Below, in pieces: positions 39,636 to 52,586 of a DNA stretch of 64,000 nt. The first letter of the stretch is position 1; each line of letters opens with the position of its first letter. The stretch covers positions 186,001-250,000 of the forward strand of contig OU015569.1 of assembly GCA_907165135.1 (NCBI GenBank), given 5' to 3'. A program made the translations under genes and the position numbers. The stretch is from Oikopleura dioica (lineage: Eukaryota > Animalia > Chordata). The notes under the pieces are model-generated. The model saw nothing but the letters and a program-made list of their open reading frames with translations. It ran no database searches and was not told where the DNA came from.

Positions 39636-40179
39636 ATTATTAAAAAAAAAACACGAAGAAATAAGGCTAGTTCGTTCTAAAGTCGATTGTTATCGCAGAG
39701 AAACAGGTGGATTTTAGGCGGCAGCACGTGACCTGGGCATATAAGAGGACTGAAATGCAGGAATCTGTGTACTTAAAAAAAATGAAACAATAGCTTTAAA
39801 AAGTGTTACTACACGATTTGGAATTTTGGGATTTTTAACGCATTTATAAAACCGTCGACTTCGATAAAATGAAACATTATTTCTCCTTTCTCTAATATGA
39901 GCGATAATTTTGCTACAACTACAATAATCGCTTGAAAAACCATTTACCTTGATAAAATGAAACATTTAACTTTTCTGGAATTATAAATCTCGGCATAAAA
40001 TATTATATTAAAAGATAGTTTTGAAAAAGAAAAAGCATTTTATTATGTCTTTTTTGACTTCATGAGTCATAAGTTATGACTCATAACAGTAACATTGTTT
40101 GTATTCGTATAGTCCGCTCTTGATTCGATTTATATTTACAGGGATAGAAGTGTATATCTTGCCGTTTTTTTCTTCTTCC

Positions 40180-40575
40180 TCATTTCTTTGGGCGGCAAAA
40201 CGGGCAAATTTCAGCGGGATCGGACTCGTTTACTTTCGGGTATTTGGTGCGCCAGGAGATAAATTTCCGCTAGAAATAATGATGAAAAATCCACTTTAGA
40301 AAAGGCGCCTTACCCCGCCGTTTTCAAGACTAAGTAGCTCGTGAGTCTCTTCTATGATTTCAGCCTGGCGCTGCTTCATCATCACTAGGAGTAAAAAAAA
40401 CTTTAGCTGTCCATTGTTATTGACCCAATTCGGTTACCTTGAATACAAGCGGTGCACAAGATGTGGCTGCAGGAGAGCTTTTTCCAGGCCATATTGAGAG
40501 TCGCGCATTTCTTGCAAATGGCAGGCCCCGTCACTTCGCGAATCGTCGTCAGTTCGCGGTGCAGAATCGTAATTT
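40180..40575 (-). CDS. 5'-truncated duplicate of the three RING-encoding 3' exons of the gene at 42092-42973
   Basis: Open frame, intact GT-AG sites, CKKC..CSH..CTAC..CPFC*. Upstream sequence switches to a jacalin-region duplicate at about 40611. Confidence 0.7.
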
Positions 40576-42091
40576 CTGAAAACAGGCATGAGGCATGAGA
40601 AGCTACCCTCTTTAGGACGCGTCTACGGCCCTTTCGGCAACTACTACGAGCCAGAACGGTAAGGAACAAGAATCAGCATAGTTTCCACGGGCGTTTATGG
40701 CAGTTGATTAATTTTTATTCAAGCGCCCAATCATGCGTTAATGAGAATTTAAATTTTTGCTGACTTGAAAAATAGATAGAAATAGGACTTTGAACTTGAT
40801 TTACATGCAAAGTTGGCCAACTCTCTCTCTTCTGAAGTCGGAACAAGGGTAGTTCGGTCTTAGGTCGATAGTTATCGCTGAAAAAAAAACAGGTGGATTT
40901 CACGCATTTCCACATCGCCCGGACTCCGGAGGCCAATATAAAGCCAGAAATTGAGGAATTTCCATAGTTTTAAAAATGAAACAACAGCTACGTAAAGAGC
41001 TCGTTCAATGATGTTATTCTTAAAATGAATCTAGTGAAGAAATATTAGATTCTGTGAACTTTGCATTAGCTCGCTATTTCGTTCAGTAAAAATATTGAAA
41101 TAAATTGTTTCATAAATTGTTAAAATATTTCTCATGCATTCGCAAGTGGTCTGTTCTGAGTTCGATTCTAATCACTGTAAAATCAAGTTGATTTTGGGCC
41201 TCAGCACGTGACTTTGTGGCGCATAAAAAGGCCCAAGTCGAGAATTTTTTATGTGAAAAATTCTTATTCTACAAAATGAAACAATTACCGAGAAATTTGT
41301 AAAATGACTAATGATTAAGAAAATTTTGCTAAAATGAAACTTTTGTAACTCGCCCTCCGAAAAGAATCATAAGTGCAAATAAATGAACTCGAAAAATTCC
41401 AAGTCGTTTTGTTCCTCACAAGTGTCCAAATATCAAGAATTATAACCAAATTTTAAGCCACTCGGAAGAAAGCAGCCTCAATCAAAGGTTCAGAAAGCCA
41501 TCCAAATTGAGCGTTGTAGAATCAAAAATATCTATCCCTGTAACTCTGATAACTATAAATAAACTTCTATAATATTTTTTCAATAACTATAAATACTATA
41601 TATAACTATATATACTGTATAAATAGATTTCTACAAAAACAATGAATCTCCTGTCAGTTCCTAGGTGGCTTGTTCTGAGTTCGATTCTAATCACTGAAAA
41701 ATCAGGTTGATTTTACGCCTCAGCACCTGACTCTCTGCTACATAAAAATAAGCAGAAAATAAGAGAAACCATCAAAATGAAACTCGTTTATCTCTCTTAT
41801 TTTTACGCAAATCTCTGGCTTTGAAAAAGTATTGAAATGAATCCTTACTGATGAAAGTTTCTTTATTGACACCATTTATAAACTGTTGACTTTTATAAAA
41901 TGAAACATTCGATAATATTTTTCTAATGCATCTATACTATTCAAATAAAATATAATAGAAAGAAAACTTTGGAAAAGAAATAACATTTTATTGTTACGTG
42001 ACAGTATGATTGTTTATTGCGTAAAGTATGTTCTTGATTCGATTTTTATTTACAGGGATAGAAGTGATTATGCATCGCCGTTTTTTGTTTC

Positions 42092-42973
42092 TCATTTCTT
42101 CGGGCGGCAAAAAGGGCAAATTTCAGCGGGGTCGGACTCGTTTACTTTCGGGTATTTTGTGCGCCAGGAGATGAATTTTCGCTAGAAAAATGATAAAAAA
42201 ATCCACTTTAGAAAAGAGTGCCTTACCCCTCCGTTTTCAAGATTTAGTCGCTCGTGAGTCTCTTCTATGATTTCAGCCTGGCGCTGCTTCACCATCACTA
42301 TTAACAACTTTAGCTGTCCATTCGGTATTGACCCAATCCGCTAACCTTGAATACAAGCGGTGCACAAAATGTGGCTGCAGGAGAGCTTTTTCCAGGCCAT
42401 GTTGAGAGTCGCGCATTTCTTGCAAATGGCAGGCCCTGTCACTTCGCGAATCGTCGTCAGTTCGCGGTGCAGAATCGTAATTTCTGAAAACAGGCATTAG
42501 GCATGAGAAGCTACCCTCTTACGCAGCGGATATGTTACCGCAGCTGCTCTTTTTCCAAATGATTGTGCAAAGTTCACTCTTGAATTTTCGCTTTTCAAGA
42601 AAAAATTCTTTCGCTGGTTTTACTCAAAAATTAAGGAGGTTTCCGTCGTAAATGGCGATTTTCAAAGGCGAAAACTAACATATTGACACCCTTATTTTTA
42701 TAATAATTTTTATAAATAAAAAATAAGGGTATCAATATCTAAATCTTCGCCTTTGAAAATCGCCATTTAGAACGGAAACCCCTTAATTTCCAAGTCAAAC
42801 TGACCTTTGCTGAGCTTTCTGATTCCAATCTGAAGCCGTTCAGACTCCGCCGACTGTATTTTCTGCTTTTCTCTGTCCATAATCACCGACATGGGAATGT
42901 AGTCGGGGTAGGAGGCCCGGAGCTCTTGGATTTCATCCTCGGTGTATTCTCGCAGCACGATTTCGCTCGTCAT
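42092..42973 (-). CDS. Small five-exon RING-finger protein
   Basis: MTSEIVLREY...KLSK / ..KRKFKSELCTIIWKKSSC / EITILHR..CKKC..CSHILCTACIQ / VMVKQ..ENGG / RKFISW..EICPFCRPKK*, with GT-AG introns. Confidence 0.75.
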
Positions 42974-45570
42974 TTTTCGCTTGATTCCGAAAATTTCTTC
43001 AATCTAAAACTTAGCAATTTTCATTACTACTGAAGATTTTAAAGATTCTCAAAACGGGCGATGAAAATTTCAAGTGCCTCTTTTAGCGGCTTGTTTGGAG
43101 CCAATAAAGAACAGAGCGTTCCTATCTCCCAATTATTAGTGGACTTAACTTTTGTCTCTTGGACGTTTTCTCTTACAGTCTACTAGAGTCTACCCTTACT
43201 CCAAATTTGAAGCTAATCATGGAGCAAATAGACTCTCGGGGAGAGTTTTTAACATTTGAAGAGCCTCCAGCGCCAATTCGTCTCGCAAATCAAGAGCAAT
43301 CGACGAAACGAGAAAAAATATCGAAATTAAGGGCGTTTCTAGTCTAAAAGTTAATATAAGAGTGACACCCTTATCATTTAAAGTTTGAACTTGATTTTGA
43401 TGAAATAGAAAATAAGGGTCTCACTTTCTTATGGTGTTTTTATATTTAATAGACTCTTCACATTAGAAACACAATAAGAAAGTGATACCCTTTTTTCCTT
43501 GGCCTTTAGCCTATGAGATAATATAAAAGTTTGAACTTCATTCTGATTAACAAAAAATAAGGATCTCACTTTCTTATTGTGTTTTTATCCATCTCAATAT
43601 GTTCTCAATAAACCCTTATTTTTTATTTCATCAAAATGAAGTTCAACCTTTACCTTATCTCTTAGGCTTAAGGCTAAGGAAATAAGGGTGTCACATTCTT
43701 ATATTAACTTGAAGAGAAAAGCTCGAAGCAAAATTTAGTTTATCATATCTACCCCCTTAAGGACCCCCGTCAACAAATTTCCTCAAAAAGTCGAAAATTA
43801 CAAAACAACCGTATTTTGGCTTCTTAGTGTGCCTGGAAGTACAATACGTCATAAAAACTTGTTCGAACCACGTTTTGTCCAATGAAAAGCTGGAATTTTA
43901 GCAAAATTGGGACTTTTTCGTCATTTTTCGTCAAAAATCCAATTTTCAAACGCGATTTTGAGGGTGTTAGAGTCGAGATAGACCCCCAAAAATGAAGCCT
44001 CAAAATCGTTTTTTGACCTGCAGAATCCATTTCCGGGGTCAAAATTATGAGATTCCGAAAATAGATTTTTCGAAAATTGTTGACGGGGGTCCTTAAGTGT
44101 TGTTTTACCATGTAAAACTTCACATAACAATTACGGTATCTACTTTATATTCACTCGAAGAGGCCAATAATTTAAAACAGCCTTCTTTAGAATCATCGTA
44201 AATCCTAGTAAATGAAAGAAAAATCCTACAAGAGGAGCTTGGAGTTTAAAATTTCGGGAAATTTCAAATTTCATCATTCTCTATTTCTGCTATTCCAAAA
44301 GGACGGAATTCTCTTTGCTGATAAGACGCTCCACTAATATTGACTTGGTCGAAGAAGAAAAAACGATGATCTATCTTCCTCTGCGGTGCAGTTTGTCGCT
44401 TCTTGTTTGAAAATTTGAATTACTTATTGATTTCAATTAATTGAAATCGTGTGACTCTTCCATTGTCTCGGGGTCTTTGATGCTGCTGAAATTTCCGCTG
44501 CTGCTGGTAAAGTTGGGGAAAATGCTGGTTTCCACCAAGTTTGCTTTTTCTTATTCACCACGTTAGCACTTGAATCGACGCCAATTTCTCCTTTCAAGAA
44601 GAATGATTCGGCTTTTTCGACAGTATGAGCTCGCCAGCCTTTGTAGAAACCTGAGTCAGGGTTTCGAAAGAGCTTCAATTGAAAGCCGCGCTGCGGCTCA
44701 GTTTTATAAAATCGCAAAAATTTTTTCAATCTAATTTTAAAACTTGCAAAGCCGCTTCGCGGCTTCGTTTGGAAAAGCCGCTACGCGGCTTTCAATTAAA
44801 GCTCTTTCGAAACCCTGACTCAGGTTTCTACAAAGGTTGGCGAGCATACGGTATGCTGCATACCAGTCGCCAGCTTCTCTCTTTTATGATTTCAAACTGC
44901 GCATTTTCGAATTTACGAAATGTATCGTTGATGAAGTGGCCTGGAAATGAATAAACTTTAGTACAATGTGGAGCCAAGTTCGCATTGTTCGCCGCGGATA
45001 AATTACGGAAACAAACGCGGACGGACAAATACAGATAGACACTGATACAACTGAGGAGAAGACAAATGAGTGGGAAATGAAATCAAGGAGGACTGCGATT
45101 AATGGCTAAGATTTTTAAGGAAAAAGAATGGTGCTTGTCTAAAAATCAATAATTAAGCCAATTATTTGTTATTATAATTATCAATTAATAAAATGATTGC
45201 TTGGATTAAATTACTCTGTTATGATTGATGGGTCAATGCCGGAACATTGGCTTTCGATCCGAGAAATAATGTTTTCGAGTCGAAGCACGCGCCGGCCAAT
45301 GAGCGCGCTGATGGAGCGAGTCTCGCAGACCGCTCGCTCGAGAAAGCGCCACTCTCTTGCGCCCGCCCACGCTCGTGCCCGACGCCCACGAGGCCGAATC
45401 CAACTTGCCATTTGCTGAATGCCTCACACGTGCTACTGACATTCTTACTGACTTGTCAGACTTTGCTAAAACAGCATTTTTTCAAAAGCTGGAATTCTAG
45501 CTTTTCAAGAGAACTTTCAAAGAGAAAACCGACCCAAAGAGACAACCTTATACTCGATTATTCTTCATAG

Positions 45571-46666
<1,096 letters not shown>

Positions 46667-47696
46667 GAGGAAGATTCTTTCCCTCCCTCGTCCGATTTAT
46701 TTATTTCTTTTCATTTATCAACCAACTGCCCATTTATCTTTCATTTCCATTTATCTTTCAAAAATAAACTTTCAAATATTCAAAACTGAGTAGAAAGATC
46801 TGTGTTGGAAGCCTGAGTCAGGGTCTGAGATATCAGCTTCGCCAAAATTACCAATTAAGATGATCTTAATCTATTTATTTTATATTCAAGCTCTTTCCTT
46901 AGTCAGGACCCTGACTCAGGTTTTCTAGACAGGTTCCCCAGATCAATGAGAAAGTGTTCAGTGTTAAAGTTTATTTATTTTAATAATTGTACATTTCGGC
47001 TTATATATCGGTAGTTGTGAGGGAGAGTGATAACAAGCACATGTTAAGGGGTGAGAGAGACTGTAGCGTATTACAGTAATCAGAAGCCTCAACAGAAGCC
47101 TGGCTAAGAAGAAGAAGAATGGAATGTCAAACTTAAAATCGACACTTTTTGCGTAGTAGGTAAAGGTGGTTAGGGCCGAGTGAAAGAGAGGTTGCATCAC
47201 GAATCCACGCGTTTTTTGCGATGAGAAAGAGGGCTGAGCCGAGCGACTTGTCAAGTGCTTGTCGAGTTACAGAAAAGTTAACGGCAAGAATGCGTGTTTT
47301 GTAAGTGTCTCTCTCAAATTGTGCGAGAGACTTATTCAATTATACAATGACAAATACTTGAACTCGCTGACAGAAAACTTGCTCGGCTTGCTACTCTTAG
47401 AGCTCGGCAAAAACCTGTGTAGAAAGCTGAGTCAGGTTTTGAAAAAATCGAATGAAGACCCGCGTTGCGGGTTTTAATTAACCAAGCCGCGAGGCGGCTT
47501 CTTTATCAAAAGCCGCTACGCGGCTTTTCATTTAAGCTTTTCAAAACCTGACTCAGGTTTCTACACAGGCTGCCAAGCCCAGAACTAGCGCCTTTGGATC
47601 AATTCTAGTGAGGAATCGACTCGAAAAAGGGAACTCCCTTGCTCATCGCTAGAAATTGCATAAACGCGGATGTCAAGCAAAACAATAGATAGAGGG

Positions 47697-50600
47697 TTAA
47701 GTACAAATGGAAAAGAAACAGCAGCGCGCGCGCCTTCTCTTCGCAGCTTTGGCCACTTCGTCGGCTTCTTCCGCGATCTGAAGCTGGCTGAGCTCGGCGG
47801 AGCGGAGCGTCGAATTCGCCGTCGCCAATTTTGAATTCGAATTGGCGGCGCCGATGCCACTGCCCAGCGACTTGGAATTTAAAGAGCTGCCGGAAGCGCC
47901 TTAAATAGATTGTTGAAGCTGCGATTTCAAATAAATACGCGCGCGCTTACGTGATAAATCTTTCTTCTCCGACCAGTTGGTTAATGCTATTTTAGTTAAA
48001 AGGCTTAGCGCGGTTTCGAAAAGAAAGAAAAAATACGTTCAAAAGAAGAGAAATCGGACTGATGTTGTCATAACATGAAACAGTCTGAGCTCGGCAACCT
48101 GTGTAGAAAACCTGAGTCAGGTTTTGAAAGGCTTAAATGAAAAGCCCCGTAGCGGCTTTTGATATCGAAGCCGCTTTGCGGCTTGGTTAATTAAAAGCCG
48201 CTATGGGGCTTTTCATTCTTGCTTTTCAGAACCTGACTCAGGTTTTCTACACAGGTTTTCGAGCAAACCAATCAACGTTGAATGAAGACTGGAGACATAA
48301 AGGATCAATCTTTTCCAGCCAATTTTCGAAACCCTTTTCCTATTAGGTCGTCGCCTGTTTGGCTTGGACGAGTCCCATGACTGGAGCTTCGAGCGGAAGG
48401 ATTCAGAGAGCTGTGGAATAACGTTCAGGTCGGGCAGGGCGAGAGAGGGAACGCGCTGGATTCCCTCCGATGATGGGTTTCGTGGCTTGGCGCTATTGCT
48501 TTTGCTGGCGCTGTTTTCCGTTAAAGTCGTCGTCGCTTTCGAAGCCGAGGCGTGTTCCTTCTTCGTGTTGCTAATGGCAGCGAAGCTCTTGTGCCGCGAG
48601 ATCGACTTCTGCGCCTCTAGCCTGTCAGCAAAGTTCGACAGTTGCTCGAGCGCCGATCCAGGTCGCATGAGATCGGCCTCCGACTTCCAGCCGTTCTTCT
48701 CCGCTTTGCGCACGTTCTTCGACTTGTGCCTCGACAAGTCGGCCTGTTTCTTCTCCACCTGGGAGATCAAGTCGTCGAACTTGGCCAAGACGGCGGAATC
48801 GTCCAATCCCGCGGCCGAGTCGAGCTGCTCATCGGCCGAGTAATCGCACAAGCTCAACGAGCCAAGGTCGAACGTCGCCATTTGCTCCAAGGGTCGGAAC
48901 ATGTTCAGCAAGTCGCCATCCGATTTGTGGTAGAACTGAGAATTTTGATTAGTAAACCAAAACGGAGCTCGTTCAAAATGAAAGCCCTCTCCTCCTTTTT
49001 GAACCCCCAAACGCTTAAGAATATGGGGATCTGGGCTCAAAAACCTGTGTAAAAACCTGAGTCAGGGTCCAAAAGCTTTGATCAAAATTCGATGGCGGTT
49101 TTGAAAACAAAGCCGCAAAGCGGCTTTGCCAAAAGAACCATTATCACTTATCAAAGCTCTTTTTCAACCCTGACTCAGGTTTTCACACAGATTTCTGGGC
49201 CCAGATCCCTTTATTTTTAAGTTTTCGGGGTTTTTTAAAAGAGGAGATAACTTAGATTGACCGCAAAAGCAAGGCCTAAGCGGCGGTATTACTCTCCGAT
49301 TTCGTGATCTAATCTTTGCTAGCTTTCTTAAAGCTTACTTACTTTCGAGGAAGCACTATCGGGCTGCTTGGGGGCGACGTTAAAGGTTCGAAATTGCTCG
49401 CGAAAGCGGATTGTATTATCGGGATCCGAATTAGCATTGTAAGAGACGATACTTGGGCGCAGTTTCTCCTCGTCGGAAGAGTCCCAGTTTTTCTGAAAAC
49501 AAAGAATTGAAACTTTTCTTGAAATTAGAATATTCGGAATTTCAATTTCTGGCGCAGCTGCGGCGCATCTTTAAACTCGGCTTGGAGCCGCCGAGGTTAC
49601 CGATACGGCATTGTTTGGTGTCATCGCCAGATGGGCGCCACCGAATGATAAATGGTTTGGGCACGTCGAAACGTCCCAATCATAATAAGTCAAAATAAAT
49701 TTTTTGTTTGACTCATTCTTTCGAATGTATTTTTCGAATTTTTCGAGTTTTCCGAAATTTTCGAATTTTTCGAGTTTTTCGAAATTTTCGAATTTTTCGA
49801 ATTTTTCGAAATTTTCGCATTTTTTAATTTTCCGAGTTTTTCGAAATTTTCGAATTTTCGAAATTTTCAAAATTTTCGAAATTTTCGAAATTTTCGAATT
49901 TTTCGAGATTTTCGTATTTTCAGAATTTTTCGAATTTTTTGAATTTTTCGAGATATTCGAAATTTTCGAAAAGTTTCGAGTTTCTCGAATTTTTCAAATA
50001 ACGCCCTGAATAATTCCATAATCCGCGTTTTAAAAATATTATAACTCGATAAAAACTCTTTTTTACCTGATCGGACTCTTCGTCGATGGCAAAGTTCTGG
50101 AGGTGCGGCGGCTCGGAAACGTCAAGCGAGGAGTCGTTGGTCTCGTTGAGAGCGATGCCACTGTCATGTGACTTATTGGCACTTCGGCCACTTTGCCTAC
50201 TCGACTCGACAGAAGCGGCACGACGGCTGCGCTCGCCACGCGTTTTTAACCTCTTTCGGCGCTTCGGCTCGCTTCGGCCTCGACGGGGATGGTCTCCAAA
50301 AGAAGCCACGCGTCTGAAAATCAATTTTACTAAACACCATAATTGGTGTCTAAAAAGAAAGAAAAGAGTCTGAAGAGCAGAAATAGTTTCTGAATTTTTC
50401 GTATATAAAGCCATTTGCTTTAGCCACGTGACTAGAAATAGCGCAGCGCTGGAATAACTCGATGCATATTCTTTCAATTAGGCCCAATTCCGCCGAACAA
50501 ATGAGTTCAATTAGCCCATGTGCTCGATTTTTCCAAGAAAATGAAAAAGGAAGATCACGTGTTTTTCGACTTACGAGTTGGGCAACGCGCTGTTGAAACA

Positions 50601-51369
50601 GAAAATAAAAAACTCTTGTTTTAACATTTTTCTTGGAGAAAATTGAGCGCGTTTTCAAACACGTTGTAGGACACTTTAATCGCTCATTAAAAAAGCTACT
50701 AAGGGCGCTTATCGAAAACTAAAGGAAAGAGATGGGCTCGGCAACGTGTGCAGAAAACCTGAGTCAGGCTTTTTCATAACCTGAGTCAGGTTTTCAACAC
50801 AGGTTGCCGAGTCCGATAATAGATAGTTGTAAGTTTCGACAATTTTTTGAGATGATACCCTTAAGTTCCTTTTGGTACAGCGATATTTCAACACCATGAA
50901 ATATTTCTTTTTTAGCCAATATTTGATGATACCCTTAATATCAAGTATTTTGAGTATATAACTTCATATTTTCTTTTTTAAATTTTTCGTATTAAGGGTA
51001 TCATCAAAATATTGGCTGCAAAATAGAAATATTTCAAGAGTTGATACCCTTAATTCTTGATTTTTGATACAGAAATATTACTGTATCAAAGGAATTTAAG
51101 TGTATCATCTCTTTAATTTTTTGAATTTTATCGCGTTGACACCCTTAATTTTTAAACTTTTAACTAAAGAATGAAAATGGCTAGCTCTTTATTTTCTTCC
51201 AAAACCGCCGGAATTACCTAATCTTCATCTTCTCCATGGCCAAATCATGGCGCATGGACTCGGCACGTTTTATCTGTTGGCGAAATTCCTTCTGTCGCTG
51301 CTCGCGTTGCTCCTCCACGCGTTTTCGGTTCTTTTCCCGCTTGCTCAGCTCGCGCTGCACCGGCTTCAT
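47697..51369 (-). CDS. Unknown multi-exon protein, Ser/charged-rich, ending KRRRARCCFFSICT*
   Basis: Coding-like open exons with splice sites at ~51220-51369, ~50067-50310, ~49337-49493, ~48300-48935 and ~47697-47900. No family recognised. May extend 5' to a candidate exon at ~55600-55765. Confidence 0.5.
49730..50000. repeat. (TTTTCGAAA)n-type minisatellite in an intron
   Basis: About 9 bp unit, degenerate. Confidence 0.85.
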
Positions 51370-51878
51370 CGGCAGATGCTTCTAAGAGTTCATTTTTTAG
51401 GCTTTTCTGATTTCTGAGGTGAAATCTAATTCGAGTACGCTCGCAATAAAGCCCCCGCCGGCACACACACTTATCTGTATATTCTAAAAACGCGCTCGAA
51501 ACCCTTAAGCCCAAAAGCTCAAAAGCACCACTCGCTTTGCTGAATTTGATTCAAAGGCCTCAAACTTTTAATTTTTAAACTTTCTTCGGAAAAGTTTAAA
51601 AAGTCAAAAAGAACGAGTAATCATTTCTTAAGGGTATCAAAACCAATTGCAGCGTCTTTTCACAGCTTCAATGAATAGCCGCGTATCGGCTTAAATTTTA
51701 GGCAAAGCCGCAGTGCGGCTTTCTTAAAAAAGCCGCTACGAGGCTTTTCATTGAAACTGTGAAAAGACGCTGCAATTGGCTTTAATACCCTTAAGAAATA
51801 AGTTAAGTAATCCATTTTTTAATTTTGCCGAAGCCGCGTTGCGGTTTTTATAAATAGGTAATTTTTATTTAAAAAAAC

Positions 51879-52081
51879 TAAAGGGTCAATGCACTGCTGG
51901 AAACACTCTCCCACTGAGACTCTAGCTCCTGGGAATAAAAGACAACAATTCTAGTATTTTAGCTGCTGCTTTTACTTTATTCGAGAGACAACTGACCAGC
52001 CGAGACTGGCACTGCGCGCGCAACGTCCCACTGATCAGTATCAAAGTTCAACGGGTTCGCCCGGAATGCGCTAACCCTTTA
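51879..52081 (-). repeat. 3' LTR (203 bp)
   Basis: Differs from the other LTR by one substitution and one indel on manual comparison. Ends TAAAGGG...CCCTTTA. Confidence 0.92.
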
Positions 52082-52574
52082 CCTCCCCTTGATACAGAAC
52101 AGTGCGACAATAAGTAAGATACAGGTAGAATGTCCCTTTCGGGCTCGGAGGAACATCGGTAGAATTGGGACAGTCGGCGGCAGATTTTTGAAGAGGGTTT
52201 TGTACGGTGATGAAGCAGCAAACATTTTTGATCCTAAGCAGTAGACAACTTCCAATCCCCAAAAGCATCAGAAAACCCAATTGCCAACACTAGCCTTCAT
52301 ACTGTTTCTTCGTAGAATCCAGCGAGAGGGAGATGGACGGCGAATATTCCGCTTGAGGCGAGGAGTTGGAAGCAGACCTTTGGGGTTGTGACGAAGCCAG
52401 GATCAGGAGCAAAGATGGTATCAGAGATGTTGAATCCGTCGCCGAGCCAGATTTTTGAGCTTCGAATAGAGGCTTTGGCGGAGCGATCGGAGGGAGAGAG
52501 GATGGAATCTTTTCGGGCGGTTTGGGCTTGCGTGACCGAGATTGTGACTCGATACCCTTACCTCCCCTAGTCAC
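52071..52574 (-). pseudogene. Possible env-like third ORF remnant
   Basis: Located between pol remnant and PPT. Two collinear in-frame segments separated by a TAG contain hydrophobic stretches SLIPSLLLILA and LGFLMLLGIGSCLLL followed by cysteines. No homology recognised. Confidence 0.3.
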
Positions 52575-52586
52575 ATGATCGTTCTG

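Larger units (their letters stand above)
36987..42520. repeat. Degenerate tandem segmental duplication (first unit ~36987-40610, second ~40612-42520)
   Basis: Paired blocks: 36987-37350 with 40612-40985; 38510-38925 with 41090-41455; 39180-39225 with 41457-41500; 39840-40610 with 41870-42520. Confidence 0.85.

Noticed and set aside
40880-40905. Minus-strand MREIHL resembling a beta-tubulin start
   Set aside because: Similarity ends after four codons. The true first exon is at 32415-32471.
44200-45100. Possible minus-strand gene head-to-head with PCNA; likewise coding-like patches at 57400-58500 and 58800-61100
   Set aside because: Could not assemble a consistent phase-compatible exon chain or recognise a product, so left uncalled.
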